Origin: an uncultured bacterium
GTDB taxonomy: Bacteria > Acidobacteriota > Polarisedimenticolia > Polarisedimenticolales > Polarisedimenticolaceae
Assembly: GCA_942490715.1 (NCBI GenBank)
Contig: CALNYP010000047.1
Location: 4,744 to 68,743 of the forward strand
Length of the DNA stretch: 64,000 nt
Reading direction: 5' to 3'
How positions within the stretch are numbered: the first letter of the stretch is position 1; every line of letters starts with the position of its first letter. The notes below the pieces were generated by a model. That model was given only the letters and a program-made list of their open reading frames with translations, did not search any database and had not been told where the DNA came from. Made by a program: the position numbers and the translations under genes. This document shows positions 15,962-27,281 of this stretch, in pieces.

Positions 15962-18397
15962 TCACTCGTGACGTAGCCGTTCGGCCAGGGATGCGCGACC
16001 GGCACGGATCGCGGGCAACCCGCTGGCCAGCGCGCCGACGGCGAGCAGGGTCGCCCCGGCACCGGCGATGGTCCATGGATCCAGCGGCTGGACTCCGTAG
16101 AGCAGCCCGGCCAGCGAGCGACCGGTGACGGCGAACAGTCCGACGCCGACGAGGAGTCCGGCCACACACAGTCCGACCCCTTGCCCGATCGCGATCCGCA
16201 GGAGTGTCAGGTTCGTCGCGCCGAGGGCTCCGCGGATCGCCAGCTCCCGGCGACGACGGGTGACCCCGGCCGCAACGAGCCCGTAGACGCCGACGAGGGT
16301 CAGCGCCAGCGCCGCCGCCGCGAAGGCGACCGCCAGGGTCAGGGAGAGTCGCCGGGAACCCAGGCTCCGGCGGACGACCGCCGAGAGCGGCTCGAGGGCC
16401 ACCTGCTCCAGCCCTGGATCGAGGTCGGCCACCGCGGCGCGAATCTCCTGCTGCAGGTCGTGATCCCGCCGGGATGTGCGCAGGATGAAGTTCGCGCCCT
16501 CGGCCGGGAACTGCGCCATCGGCAGGTAGATCCCGGGCGCCGGCGCCTCCTCGAGGCTGCTCTGGTGAACGTCGCCGACGACGCCGACGATCTCCCACAG
16601 CGTTCCCGGCGGGTTGAGCTGGCCCCGCCAGCTCAGCTCCAGACGACGACCGAGGGGATCCTCTCCGGCGGAATGGATGCGAACCCAGGAACGACTGACC
16701 TGCACGACACGAGGGGCGTCGGCGTCGTCGCCGGAGCGAAAGTCCCTGCCGGCGATCCTGGGGATCGAGAGCAGGTCGGTGTAGCCGGGCGACGCGATAT
16801 GAATCCCGGCACGGTTCCAGTCGCGACGTTCCCGCGCCTCGCCCTCGAACTGCCAGCCGGTGCGGGCGACGCCGGTCAGCGGAACGCGAAACGCGACGGC
16901 GGCCCCCTCGACCCCGGGAAGTTCGCCGAGCCGATCCGTGAGCTGTCGGTGAAACCCGGCGATCCCCCGCTCATCGTAGCGAGCTTCGGGAAGCCCGATG
17001 CCGAAACGCACCAGCTGCTCGGTGCGGAAGCCGGGGTCGAGACGGGTCAACTGGACGAAGCTACGCAGGAGCAGCCCGGCGCCGAGCAACAGCACCACGC
17101 TGACGGCGACCTGGGCGACCAGCAACCCCGCGCGAAACCGTGAAGAGGATGCGGCCGGGTCGACCCGGCCGGAGAGCAGCCTGCGCAGGTCGCGCCGGTG
17201 AACCTCGACCAGCGGCACCAGGGCGAAGACGATCGCCACGCCGGCCAGTACCGGCAGGGTGAAGCCCAGGAGCTGGCCGGTGTCGCGGATCTCCTCCCAT
17301 ACGTGAGCCGGAACCGCGGCCGATCCGCCGAGCAACGGCAGCAGGGTCGGCAACAGCTGCAGCAACCCCTCGGCAACGAGCAGGCCGGCGGCGGCACCGA
17401 CCAGCGCCAGCAGGATCCCCTCGGAAAGGAAGCGCAGGGTCAGATCTCCGCTTCCCGCTCCCAGCGCCCGGTGAACCGCCACCTCGAGTCGGTCCGCCGC
17501 CCCGCGTTCGAGCTGCAGCCCGGCGACGTTGGTGCAGGCGATCGACAACAGCAGCCCGGCGGCGAGGAGCAACAACAGCAACGGGCGACGGTTGCCGGCG
17601 GTCCGTGCTTCGTGGAGATCGATGGCGACGAGTCCTACGCCACGATTCGTCTCGGGGTGGTCCCGGGCCAGGCTCTCGCCGACGGCGTCGAGCTCGGAGG
17701 TGGTCTGCTCGGCGGTCGCTCCGGCAGCCCGCCGGCCGATCGCCTCGAGAGATCGTGTCCCCCGGGACTGTCCGTAGTCCCGACGGCTGAGGGGAATCCA
17801 CAGGTCGGGGACGTGACCGTCGACGACGAAGTCGGGACCGGGCGGAGCCACACCGACGACGGTGCGTGGGGCGTCGTTGAGGCGCACGACGGCGCCGAGG
17901 ATGTCGGGCCGCGCATGGAAACGGTCGCGCCAGAGTCGGTCGGAGAGCAGGACCAGCGGTTTGTCGCCGGCCACCTCCTCGGGGGTGAACTCCCGGCCCA
18001 ACGCCGGGGGCGTCCCGAGGAGCCGGAACAGACCGGCGGTGATCATCGCCGACTGGACGACCTGGACGCCGCCGTCGGCGGTCGACAGCCCGAAGCTGCG
18101 GCGCCGGAAACCGGCGATGCCCTCGAGGGTCCGGCTGCGTGCGTTCCAGTCCTCGATCTCCAGCATCGAGACCGGGCGGAGGCTCCCGTCGGCCGCCGTC
18201 GTGTGCAGAGCGACCAGGCGGTCGGCGTCGGGATACGGCAGCGGCTGGAGCAGCAGCACCCGGGTCGCCGCGAACATCGCCGCCGGCGCGCCGATGCCGA
18301 TCGCCAGCGAGATCACCGCGACGACCAGGAACGCCGGCCGTCGAGCGAGGGCGCGCGCGGCCTGCCGCACGAGTCGAAGAACACTCATGGTTCGCAT
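15962..18397 (-). CDS. ADOP-family duplicated FtsX/MacB-like ABC transporter permease
   Basis: N-terminus MRTMSVLRLVRQAARALARRPAFLVVAV is typical of the family. Two MacB_PCD + FtsX halves follow. The 104-codon upstream extension in the ORF track is non-homologous and overlaps the divergent DUF4212 gene. Confidence 0.85.
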   Translation of the reverse strand: MRTMSVLRLVRQAARALARRPAFLVVAVISLAIGIGAPAAMFAATRVLLLQPLPYPDADRLVALHTTAADGSLRPVSMLEIEDWNARSRTLEGIAGFRRRSFGLSTADGGVQVVQSAMITAGLFRLLGTPPALGREFTPEEVAGDKPLVLLSDRLWRDRFHARPDILGAVVRLNDAPRTVVGVAPPGPDFVVDGHVPDLWIPLSRRDYGQSRGTRSLEAIGRRAAGATAEQTTSELDAVGESLARDHPETNRGVGLVAIDLHEARTAGNRRPLLLLLLAAGLLLSIACTNVAGLQLERGAADRLEVAVHRALGAGSGDLTLRFLSEGILLALVGAAAGLLVAEGLLQLLPTLLPLLGGSAAVPAHVWEEIRDTGQLLGFTLPVLAGVAIVFALVPLVEVHRRDLRRLLSGRVDPAASSSRFRAGLLVAQVAVSVVLLLGAGLLLRSFVQLTRLDPGFRTEQLVRFGIGLPEARYDERGIAGFHRQLTDRLGELPGVEGAAVAFRVPLTGVARTGWQFEGEARERRDWNRAGIHIASPGYTDLLSIPRIAGRDFRSGDDADAPRVVQVSRSWVRIHSAGEDPLGRRLELSWRGQLNPPGTLWEIVGVVGDVHQSSLEEAPAPGIYLPMAQFPAEGANFILRTSRRDHDLQQEIRAAVADLDPGLEQVALEPLSAVVRRSLGSRRLSLTLAVAFAAAALALTLVGVYGLVAAGVTRRRRELAIRGALGATNLTLLRIAIGQGVGLCVAGLLVGVGLFAVTGRSLAGLLYGVQPLDPWTIAGAGATLLAVGALASGLPAIRAGRASLAERLRHE

Positions 18398-18427
18398 CCT
18401 GCCATACCTGTTAAGCTCCCGCTGGAG

Positions 18428-18768
18428 ATGGTGGATCGAACACACGTCCCGGTCGATGTCCGGGATCCCCGCGTCGCCGAGGCGGTGCATCGTTACTGGC
18501 GGCGTAACGTACGCACGATGGCGATCCTGCTGGCGATCTGGGCCTTCGCCGGTCTGGGCTGCGGGGTCCTGTTCGCCGACTTCCTCAATCGCTACCGCCT
18601 GGGCGGATTCCCTCTCGGCTTCTGGTTCGCCCAGCAAGGGAGCATCCTGGTCTTCGTACTGCTGATCCTGGTCTACGGATTGGTGCTCAACCGGCTCGAC
18701 GCGGATCACCGGCGGGAGCTCGAGCGGCTGCAGGACGCCGCGTCTTCCCGGGAACCGGGCCCGGCACG

Positions 18769-18772
<4 letters not shown>
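18428..18772 (+). CDS. DUF4212 protein (small subunit of a solute:sodium symporter pair)
   Basis: 114 aa with two TM helices and the motif FPLGFWFAQQGSI. It ends in an ATGA overlap with the large symporter gene, the conserved small/large subunit arrangement. Confidence 0.8.
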
Positions 18773-20612
<1,840 letters not shown>

Positions 20613-20616
<4 letters not shown>

Positions 20617-21371
20617 CCGAGGCGGAGCTGTACGGCTGGGTCGTCGGCGGCATCCTCGCCGCCGGCCTGCTCAGCTTCGCGTCGCTTCAGTTCGTCGTCG
20701 CCCCCTACGGCCGGCACATCCGGGGTGGCTGGGGACCGACGCTCCCCGACCGGGTCGGCTGGATCCTGATGGAGAGCCCGGCGGTCTTCCTGTTCCTGGC
20801 GGTCTACGGGATCGGCGAGCACCGGGCGGACCGGGTTCCGTTGCTGCTGCTCGCACTGTGGATGCTGCACTACCTCTACCGGACCCTGATCTACCCCTGG
20901 CGCACCGACAGCTCGGGCAAGCGGATGCCGATCGCGATCGTCGGCATGGGGTTCGTCTTCAACAGCGCCAACGCCGCCGTCAACGCACGCTGGCTCAGTC
21001 AGCTGGGTCCGTCTCCCGGGCGCGGCTGGGTCGGCTGGTGGCTCGTCGCCGGGGTGGTTCTGTTCCTGGCCGGCTGGCTGTTGAACCAGACCGCCGACGC
21101 GACGTTGCTGCGGATGCGCCGGGAACGACCGGGCGAATACCGCATCCCGCGAGGAGGCGCCTACCGCTGGGTCAGCTGTCCGAACTACCTCGGCGAGATC
21201 CTCGAGTGGTTCGGCTTCGCCCTCGCCGCCTGGTCGCCGGCCGGTCTGGCCTTCGCGCTGTTCACCGTGGCCAACCTGGCGCCGCGGGCCGGGGCCCATC
21301 ATCGCTGGTACCGGGAGCGGTTTCCGGAGTATCCGCCGGAGCGGCGTGCGCTGATCCCGTTCGTCTACTGA
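20613..21371 (+). CDS. 3-oxo-5-alpha-steroid 4-dehydrogenase / steroid 5-alpha-reductase-like membrane protein
   Basis: GTG start at 20613 overlaps the symporter stop (GTGA). C-terminal family motif RGGAYRWVSCPNYLGEILEWFGFAL....H.WY..FP.YP..R.A.IPF. Confidence 0.75.
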
Positions 21372-21392
21372 CCGGTCTACCGATCGGCGCCG

Positions 21393-23207
21393 CTAGTTCG
21401 ACCCCACCACCGGCAGTGAGACCCGCGACGGGTACTTTTTCGAATGATAGATCCGGTTGTGGGCCACGACGCCCTCGGACTCGTCGTGATTCGCACCGCC
21501 GGTGTTCAGGTTCCTGGCGAAGCGCGGGAAGTTGCTGCTCGAGATCTCGACGCGGATCCGATGTCCGGCCGGGAAGTAGTTGCTGGTGACCATCGGGCTG
21601 AGGGTCAACGGGTAGACCTCGCCCGGTTTCATGAATACCTGCTTGTCGTAGCCCTCGCGGTAGCGGGCGCGCTGGATCGTCTCGTCGAGGTTGTACGCCG
21701 TTCCGTCGGGGGAGACGTCGATCAGCTTGACCGAGAAATCGGTGTCCTTCGCGTCGGAGCCGACGAACAGCTCGACCTCGATGAAGCCGCTGACCTCGAT
21801 CGCCTGCTCGAGCGGGGGCGAGGTGTAGACCAGGATGTCCCGCCGGGTCTCCTGCTCGCTCTGGTCGAACGACCCCCGGGCATCGACCGCTCCGCCGATG
21901 CAGCAGACACCGCCGCCCGAGGGACGGAACCGGCCGCCGTGGATCGTAGGTGAAGCCATCGAACCGCGGCCTTGCGCGGCTTTGCCGGCGACTCAGTCTG
22001 CCGTCGCCGAACAGACTGTTGGCGCCGGCATCGCTGTCCAGGTACCAACTGTGCATCGCGGTCGAACCCTGGGGCGGCCAACGGTCGGCGACTCGACCCA
22101 GCGGTTCGCGCCCATCAGGTAGTAACGGATCTTGGGATTCTCCTGCTCGAACGCTTGTTCATCGTCGGCCAGCCAGCGATCGAAGAACCCGTAGAGCAGC
22201 TTGTCGTAGTCCAGTCGGACATCGCCCATGTTGCGCTCGCCGACGATCGTCTCGCTCTCGGTCTGGAAGAACCTGCAGTGGGGCGTCGGGGCGACGATCG
22301 CGTACTGGTTGTTCGCGACCTCGGGATCGCCGGCGTTGTCGGTCACGTGGTTGAACAGCGCCAGGTTCGGGCCGATCGACACGTCGTACCAGGAGTTCAT
22401 CCAGAACGCCGGCACGCCGTATGTCCTCGTCGTCGTGGTACAGACCGCCCGTCGTACCAGGCCGGGTCGTCGGGGGTTGACGTGCGGATGAACTCGTCGT
22501 AGATCCCCTTCGGGCCGTCGACGTTCTTCATCAGGTCACCCAGGGGCAGGTGACGGATCGCCTTGACCCAGTCGACCTCGGGCATCTCCGGCGCCAGATC
22601 GAAGTAGTTCGACAGTCGGACCCGATCCTCGCGCGTCAGGCCCGCCGGCAACGACGGACGCTGGGTGTTCTGCACCTTGTAGAGCCAGGGGCCGAAGAAC
22701 ATCTGATCGACGCCGCCGCGGTACCAGTTGCCCTGCTCCCAGTACTCACCGACCTTACCGATGCCCGCGCCCGGCGCCATCGGGATCATCGCTGCGTGCG
22801 CCGGGTGGTCCATCGCCGCCAATGCCAGCTGCCACTCGGCCGAGGAGGAACAGCCGATCGTGCCGACCTTGCCGTTGGACCAATCCTGCCCCTCGATCCA
22901 GTTCAGTGCGTCGTACCCGTCGGTGCGCGGAAAACCGAGGATCTCCCACTCACCTTCCGAGAAGTACTTGCCGCGCTCGTTCTGGATCACGAAGGCAAAG
23001 CCACGCTGCAACGCCTCGTGGAGCAACAGCAGGCGCGATGTCGCGCATCGGCACGAGGATCTTCTTTTCCACGGTCGAGAGCTCTTCGACCTTTTCCAGC
23101 AGCTTCTTCTTCGACTCGTCGTCGAATGCGGCACTGATCGGGAGCAGCGGGAGCAGCAGGGCTGCCACCGCGAAGACGAGCAGAGTACGTCGCAGGCGCT
23201 GGGGCAT
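21393..23207 (-). pseudogene. CocE/NonD (X-Pro dipeptidyl-peptidase S15) family hydrolase, degraded
   Basis: Homology is split over at least five reading-frame segments. These are signal peptide + ...VPMRD (from 23207), FAFVIQNERGKYFSEGEW...GCSSSAEW, TYGVPAFWMNSWYD..., WPPQGSTAMHSWYLDSDAGANSL...[12 protein letters not shown] and [17 protein letters not shown]...RVSLPVV. Shifts lie near 22447, 22424, 22080 and 21915. An internal deletion of roughly 40-60 codons lies near 23035. Confidence 0.8.
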
Positions 23208-23372
23208 GGGATTCCTCGAGTCGCCTGGCGACGCGGGCGGGCCGTCGATCGGCCACCGGATGTACGCAGGAACTCAGCAGTGGGGCCCAGGAGTGTCGGA
23301 GGGCCCCGCGAGAAGCGGGACCCGGGCAGTCGGCGTGCGGCCAGCCCGGGCATGTGCAGGCTACCGGGTAAC

Positions 23373-24521
23373 TCATCGGGTGTGGAGGAGGGCGGTAGAT
23401 TGTCTGAGAGGTGACCCGACCCCTCGGAGAAGGGGGGGGAGGCCTGGGGAAGGGTCCCATGTTGCGAAGGTGTTGCCTACGGCCTTGTTGCGGACGGTGT
23501 TCCGACCGAAGGTGTTGCCCTGGGCCTCGGGCTCGAAGTGCAATCCCGCCAGCGTGTTGTCGTTCAGCACGTTGCGATCGATGTGGCTGCGATCCCCTTC
23601 GACCCGCAGCCCGCTCATCCAGTTGTTGGTCGAGACGTTGTTCAGGATCAGGCAGTTCGACGCGGAATCGTTGACGAAGAGCCCGTCTCCTCCGCGACCG
23701 GAGTCCTGCAGCACGCCGGAGTACTGCACGACGTTGTCGGAGATCCGGCAGGAGCCGGTACGACTGGCGATGATGCCGCGGTAGCCGGTGGAGTTGACCC
23801 GGTTCCCCTCGATGATCACCGTACCCCGGGAGTTGACCGTCATGCCGTAGGTGTAGGGCCGCTCGATGCGGTTGCGCTTGATCGCCACACTCGAGACGCC
23901 GAACCGCACCTCGATACCCCGGGCTCCGTCCGGCGCGGTCGACGGGGAGCCACAGTCGCGAAGGGTATTGTCCTCGATCGCGCCCTCGGCGACCTCTTCC
24001 GCGTCCGGGTTCGACGTGTAGTTGACGAGAATGCAGTTGTCGGCGGTGGTGGTGATCGTGTTCCTCAGGATGGCGAAGCTGGAGACACCGAAGCCGATCC
24101 GGATGCCGTAGCGCCCTCCGCTCACCTTGTTCTCGTTGATGATCGCCCGATCGGTATCCTCGACCTTGATGCTCGAGCCCGACGAACCGAGGTGGTGGAT
24201 CACCCCGTTGACGATCGTCAACGTCCGGATGTCCTTGGCATCGATCACCGAATCGGCGCCGGCCTCCGCGGTGAGGGTGAAACCGTTCAGGTCGATCTCG
24301 ACCTCCTCGGTGCCCGAGCCGCGGACGCGGATCACATTGCCGCTCGCAGCGACGATGTTGGCGGTGACGACGTACTTGCCGCTGATCGGCATGTTGGCGA
24401 TGTCCAGATCGATCGGCTCGAAGATCGGAATTCGCCCCTCGTCGGCCAGCGCCGTGGAAACGGCGAGCGCCAGCCCGAGAACGAGAACGAGAACGAGTAC
24501 GGTGGTTCGCTTCATGGTCAC
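23373..24521 (-). CDS. Secreted right-handed parallel beta-helix repeat protein
   Basis: Signal peptide MKRTTVLVLVLVLGLALAVSTALA. Repeated N/D-rich about 22-aa beta-helix rungs (IINENKVSGG..., ILRNTIT..., IEDNTLRDCG..., IKRNRIE..., IEGNRV..., ISDNVV..., ILNNVST..., IDRNVLNDN...). Confidence 0.8.
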   Translation of the reverse strand: MTMKRTTVLVLVLVLGLALAVSTALADEGRIPIFEPIDLDIANMPISGKYVVTANIVAASGNVIRVRGSGTEEVEIDLNGFTLTAEAGADSVIDAKDIRTLTIVNGVIHHLGSSGSSIKVEDTDRAIINENKVSGGRYGIRIGFGVSSFAILRNTITTTADNCILVNYTSNPDAEEVAEGAIEDNTLRDCGSPSTAPDGARGIEVRFGVSSVAIKRNRIERPYTYGMTVNSRGTVIIEGNRVNSTGYRGIIASRTGSCRISDNVVQYSGVLQDSGRGGDGLFVNDSASNCLILNNVSTNNWMSGLRVEGDRSHIDRNVLNDNTLAGLHFEPEAQGNTFGRNTVRNKAVGNTFATWDPSPGLPPLLRGVGSPLRQSTALLHTR

Positions 24522-24613
24522 CCTCCCGCCGGCTCCGGGTCGTTACGTTGCCCGCGGCTCCTCTAAGTCTACCCACTTCGCCGACCTCTGACCGCCGATA
24601 AAGGCGAGAGTCC

Positions 24614-24642
24614 TTGACTCCCGGGGCCGCCCGGCGAAGAAT
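24614..24642 (+). promoter_or_regulatory. Candidate sigma70-type promoter for the barrel-led operon
   Basis: TTGACT (24614-24619), a 17-nt spacer, then AAGAAT (24637-24642), about 22 nt upstream of the TTG start at 24664. Found by eye only. Confidence 0.3.
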
Positions 24643-24663
24643 TCGGTCTCCTCCGGGTGACTC

Positions 24664-26094
24664 TTGCTCTACGACCAGCCACATTTCCGGGCACAACCCG
24701 GCCGCGCCTGCCTCGGACTGGCCGGCATTCTGGCGCTGGCGGTCGGCTCGGCTCCGGTCCGCGCGGTCACCGACGAGGAGATCTTCCGCGATCTGCGTTT
24801 CAACTTCATCAACCCCGGAGGCCGTTCCCTGGGGATGGGCGGCGCGTTCATCTCGATCGCCGACGACGCGACCGCGGCCCAGGCGAATCCGGCCGGCCTG
24901 ACCAACGTGTTCGATCCTCAGTTCTTCCTCGAGCTGCGCCGGATCGATCCGGAGTCGGTCGAAACGGTCCGCAGCTTCCGCGACCCGTTCCGTCCCGACG
25001 AGGGCTTCGACGTCGTCGCCCGGACCGATTCGAGTCTCTCGACCAGCCCGACGTTCCTCTCCTACGTCGCACCCTACGGTCGCTTCTCGTTCGGCGTCTC
25101 CCGGCACGAACTGCTGGATGTCAACAACCGGACCGTCAGCAGCTACGGCTTCTTCGTCACCGAGGGCAGCGACCTGCGAACCGGCGAGGGACAGGTCGAG
25201 CTGTCGCTGACGAACTGGAACCTCTCCGCCGGCTACCGGATTCACGATCGCTTCCGGATCGGCGCGACCGCGTCGTACGGCGATCTGTCGATGAGTTCCC
25301 AGATCGTCAACACCTTCACCGACCCCACCGGTGCCGTGCTCGGCGACCCGGCGCTGGCCGGTAGCCGCTTCGAGGTCTACCGGACGACGATCGACGGCGC
25401 AGACACCGACTGGACCCTGACCGTCGGCGCACTGGTCAAGATCACCGAGCGGATCAAGGTCGGCGCGGTCTGGCGGCAAGGCGGATCCTTCTCCGTCGAG
25501 CAGGAGTTGACGGCACAGCCGGTCGACCGCTCGCTGCTTCCCGGCCGCATCGCCGAACAGGTCTACTTCAACGAGAGCGGCACGCTGTTGACCGCCGAGA
25601 ACACGGCGCATCGCTTCGAAACCCGGCTGAACATTCCCGACACCGTCGGTCTCGGCATCTCCTGGGTACCGCTCGACCGGCTGACGCTCTCGGCGGACGC
25701 GGTCAAGATCACCTACAGCGACCTGCTCGAGGGCTTCAACTCCCGGCTCAACATCCTGACCTTCGGCTTCCCCGAGGAGGAGCAGGCCGCCTTCACCGTC
25801 GACGATCAGACCAACCTCCACGTCGGCGCCGAGTACCTGCTGCCCCAGAAGGGCACGACGACCTGGGTCATCCGGGCCGGTTTCCACCAGGACAAGGACA
25901 GCCGGATCCGCGCCGACTTCGCCCCGGGCGATCCCGGGCTGGGCAGCAACGAGAATTTCCCGGGACGGGAAGACGACCAGCACTACTCGGCCGGCATCGG
26001 AGTGGTGCTGAATCAGCGCTTTCAGATCGACGCGACGGCAGATTTTTCCGACTTCGGCACCGAGGCAGTGGTATCTTTTATCTATTCGTTCTGA
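24664..26094 (+). CDS. Outer-membrane beta-barrel protein of the FadL/TodX/PorV superfamily
   Basis: Signal peptide ...GILALAVGSAPVRA. N-terminal hatch-like motif GGRSLGMGGAFISIADDATAAQANPAGL. Alternating amphipathic strands and a terminal aromatic (...VVSFIYSF). Non-ATG (TTG) start, so the start is uncertain. Confidence 0.75.
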   Translation: MLYDQPHFRAQPGRACLGLAGILALAVGSAPVRAVTDEEIFRDLRFNFINPGGRSLGMGGAFISIADDATAAQANPAGLTNVFDPQFFLELRRIDPESVETVRSFRDPFRPDEGFDVVARTDSSLSTSPTFLSYVAPYGRFSFGVSRHELLDVNNRTVSSYGFFVTEGSDLRTGEGQVELSLTNWNLSAGYRIHDRFRIGATASYGDLSMSSQIVNTFTDPTGAVLGDPALAGSRFEVYRTTIDGADTDWTLTVGALVKITERIKVGAVWRQGGSFSVEQELTAQPVDRSLLPGRIAEQVYFNESGTLLTAENTAHRFETRLNIPDTVGLGISWVPLDRLTLSADAVKITYSDLLEGFNSRLNILTFGFPEEEQAAFTVDDQTNLHVGAEYLLPQKGTTTWVIRAGFHQDKDSRIRADFAPGDPGLGSNENFPGREDDQHYSAGIGVVLNQRFQIDATADFSDFGTEAVVSFIYSF

Positions 26095-26105
26095 GGGGCG
26101 CGGCC

Positions 26106-27281
26106 GTGCTGCGTAGGCAAATCCCACTGCTGGTCTTGACCCTGACGATTCTCGCATCGTCGGCCCCGGGGATCCTCGCCCAGAAAACACAGCCGACCCA
26201 GTTCGTCACTCCGGACACGACGACGTTCACGATCTCCACCGGACTGCTGCTGCCCTGGGAGACCAAGAAGCACCGCGCCGGTACCTACGGTCCCGGGGCC
26301 GAGCTGATCCTCGACGACGGTGCGACCTCCAGCATCAAGATCGACGGGCTGCACAAGCTCGACAACCCCGGACAGTGGCTGTTCACGATGGCCACCGCCA
26401 GCGACCTCGACGGTCTGCTTCCGGAGCTGGCCGACCGTAACGACATCCTGCGCTACGACGGGGCCAGCGGTTTCACGAAGGTGTTCTGCGGCAGCACCAC
26501 CACGGATCCGGTCCCGCCGCGCTGCAACATCGACGCCGTCTATCTCGTCGGCGATGACGACAGCGACATCGTCGTCAGTTTCGACCAGTGCGGTGCAACG
26601 ATCCGGGGTGAGACCTACGAGGCCGCCGACCTGGTCCAGTTCACCCGCAGTGACCCGACCGACTGCAACGGCTGGAGCGTGGCAGGACTCGTCTTCGATG
26701 CCTCGGGCAAGATCCCCAGCAGCACCAACGTGATCGGAGCGTCCCGGGCGGGCAATCAGCTCATCCTGTCCCTCGACGTGGCCACCCACGTTCCGACCAA
26801 GGCCGGCTCGACGCAGTTCATCCCCGGCCAGCTCGTGCGCTGGGACGGGACCTTCTTCAGTCTGTACGAGAACCTGCCGGGCTGGCCGCAGAGCACCCAG
26901 GTCAACGCCCTGACCCTGCCCTCCGAGACGTGTCGCGGACTCGACGACGCCGACCCCGGCGACAGGATCGTCGATCTCTGCACCCGGGCCTGGACATCGG
27001 ACAGCGGGGGCCGGTTCGATAGCCTCGAGTGGCGGGTCGAGGCCGGCGCGCTGGCGTACAACGTCTATCGCAGCAACCTCAACGGAGCCGTCTTCGGTTG
27101 TCAGACACCGGAGCCCTTCGTCGATCGCCAGTACGTCACACCGGAGCTCCCCCCGAGCGATTCGGCCTTCTACTACCTCGTCACCGTGATCGACGGGATG
27201 GGCGAGGGTTCCCTGGGGAATGCATCGAGCGGCGCAGAGCGAACCAACTCTGCCCCATGTGGCGGCGGAACGGCACATTGA
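26106..27281 (+). CDS. Secreted uncharacterized repeat protein ending in the shared FN3-like C-terminal module
   Basis: GTG start 11 nt after the barrel gene. Signal peptide MLRRQIPLLVLTLTILASSAPGILAQ. Internal repeats (..DILRYDGASGF.., ..DLVQFTRSD.., ..QLVRWDGTFF..). C-terminus WRVEAGALAYNVYR...C...PPSDSAFYYLVTVIDGMGEGSLG...C. Confidence 0.7.
   Translation: MLRRQIPLLVLTLTILASSAPGILAQKTQPTQFVTPDTTTFTISTGLLLPWETKKHRAGTYGPGAELILDDGATSSIKIDGLHKLDNPGQWLFTMATASDLDGLLPELADRNDILRYDGASGFTKVFCGSTTTDPVPPRCNIDAVYLVGDDDSDIVVSFDQCGATIRGETYEAADLVQFTRSDPTDCNGWSVAGLVFDASGKIPSSTNVIGASRAGNQLILSLDVATHVPTKAGSTQFIPGQLVRWDGTFFSLYENLPGWPQSTQVNALTLPSETCRGLDDADPGDRIVDLCTRAWTSDSGGRFDSLEWRVEAGALAYNVYRSNLNGAVFGCQTPEPFVDRQYVTPELPPSDSAFYYLVTVIDGMGEGSLGNASSGAERTNSAPCGGGTAH

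Noticed and set aside
15962-18709. N-terminal 104-codon extension of the ADOP permease, and the 410-codon upstream part of ORF 17198..18772
   Set aside because: The family-typical N-terminus starts at 18397/18388. The DUF4212 homology starts at ATG 18428. The extensions are mutually antisense shadows without homology.
22987-26190. 1067-aa minus-strand ORF. Similar giants at 33477..37091 (+), 39154..41712 (+), 59059..61890 (+), 42188..43927 (-), 48044..49753 (-) and 50644..52818 (-)
   Set aside because: All lie opposite or out of frame to well-supported genes (beta-helix/barrel, C25, M1 peptidase, lysC-lysA, LRR, ADOP, M14). They have low-complexity R/G/P/D-rich translations and were treated as high-GC artefacts.
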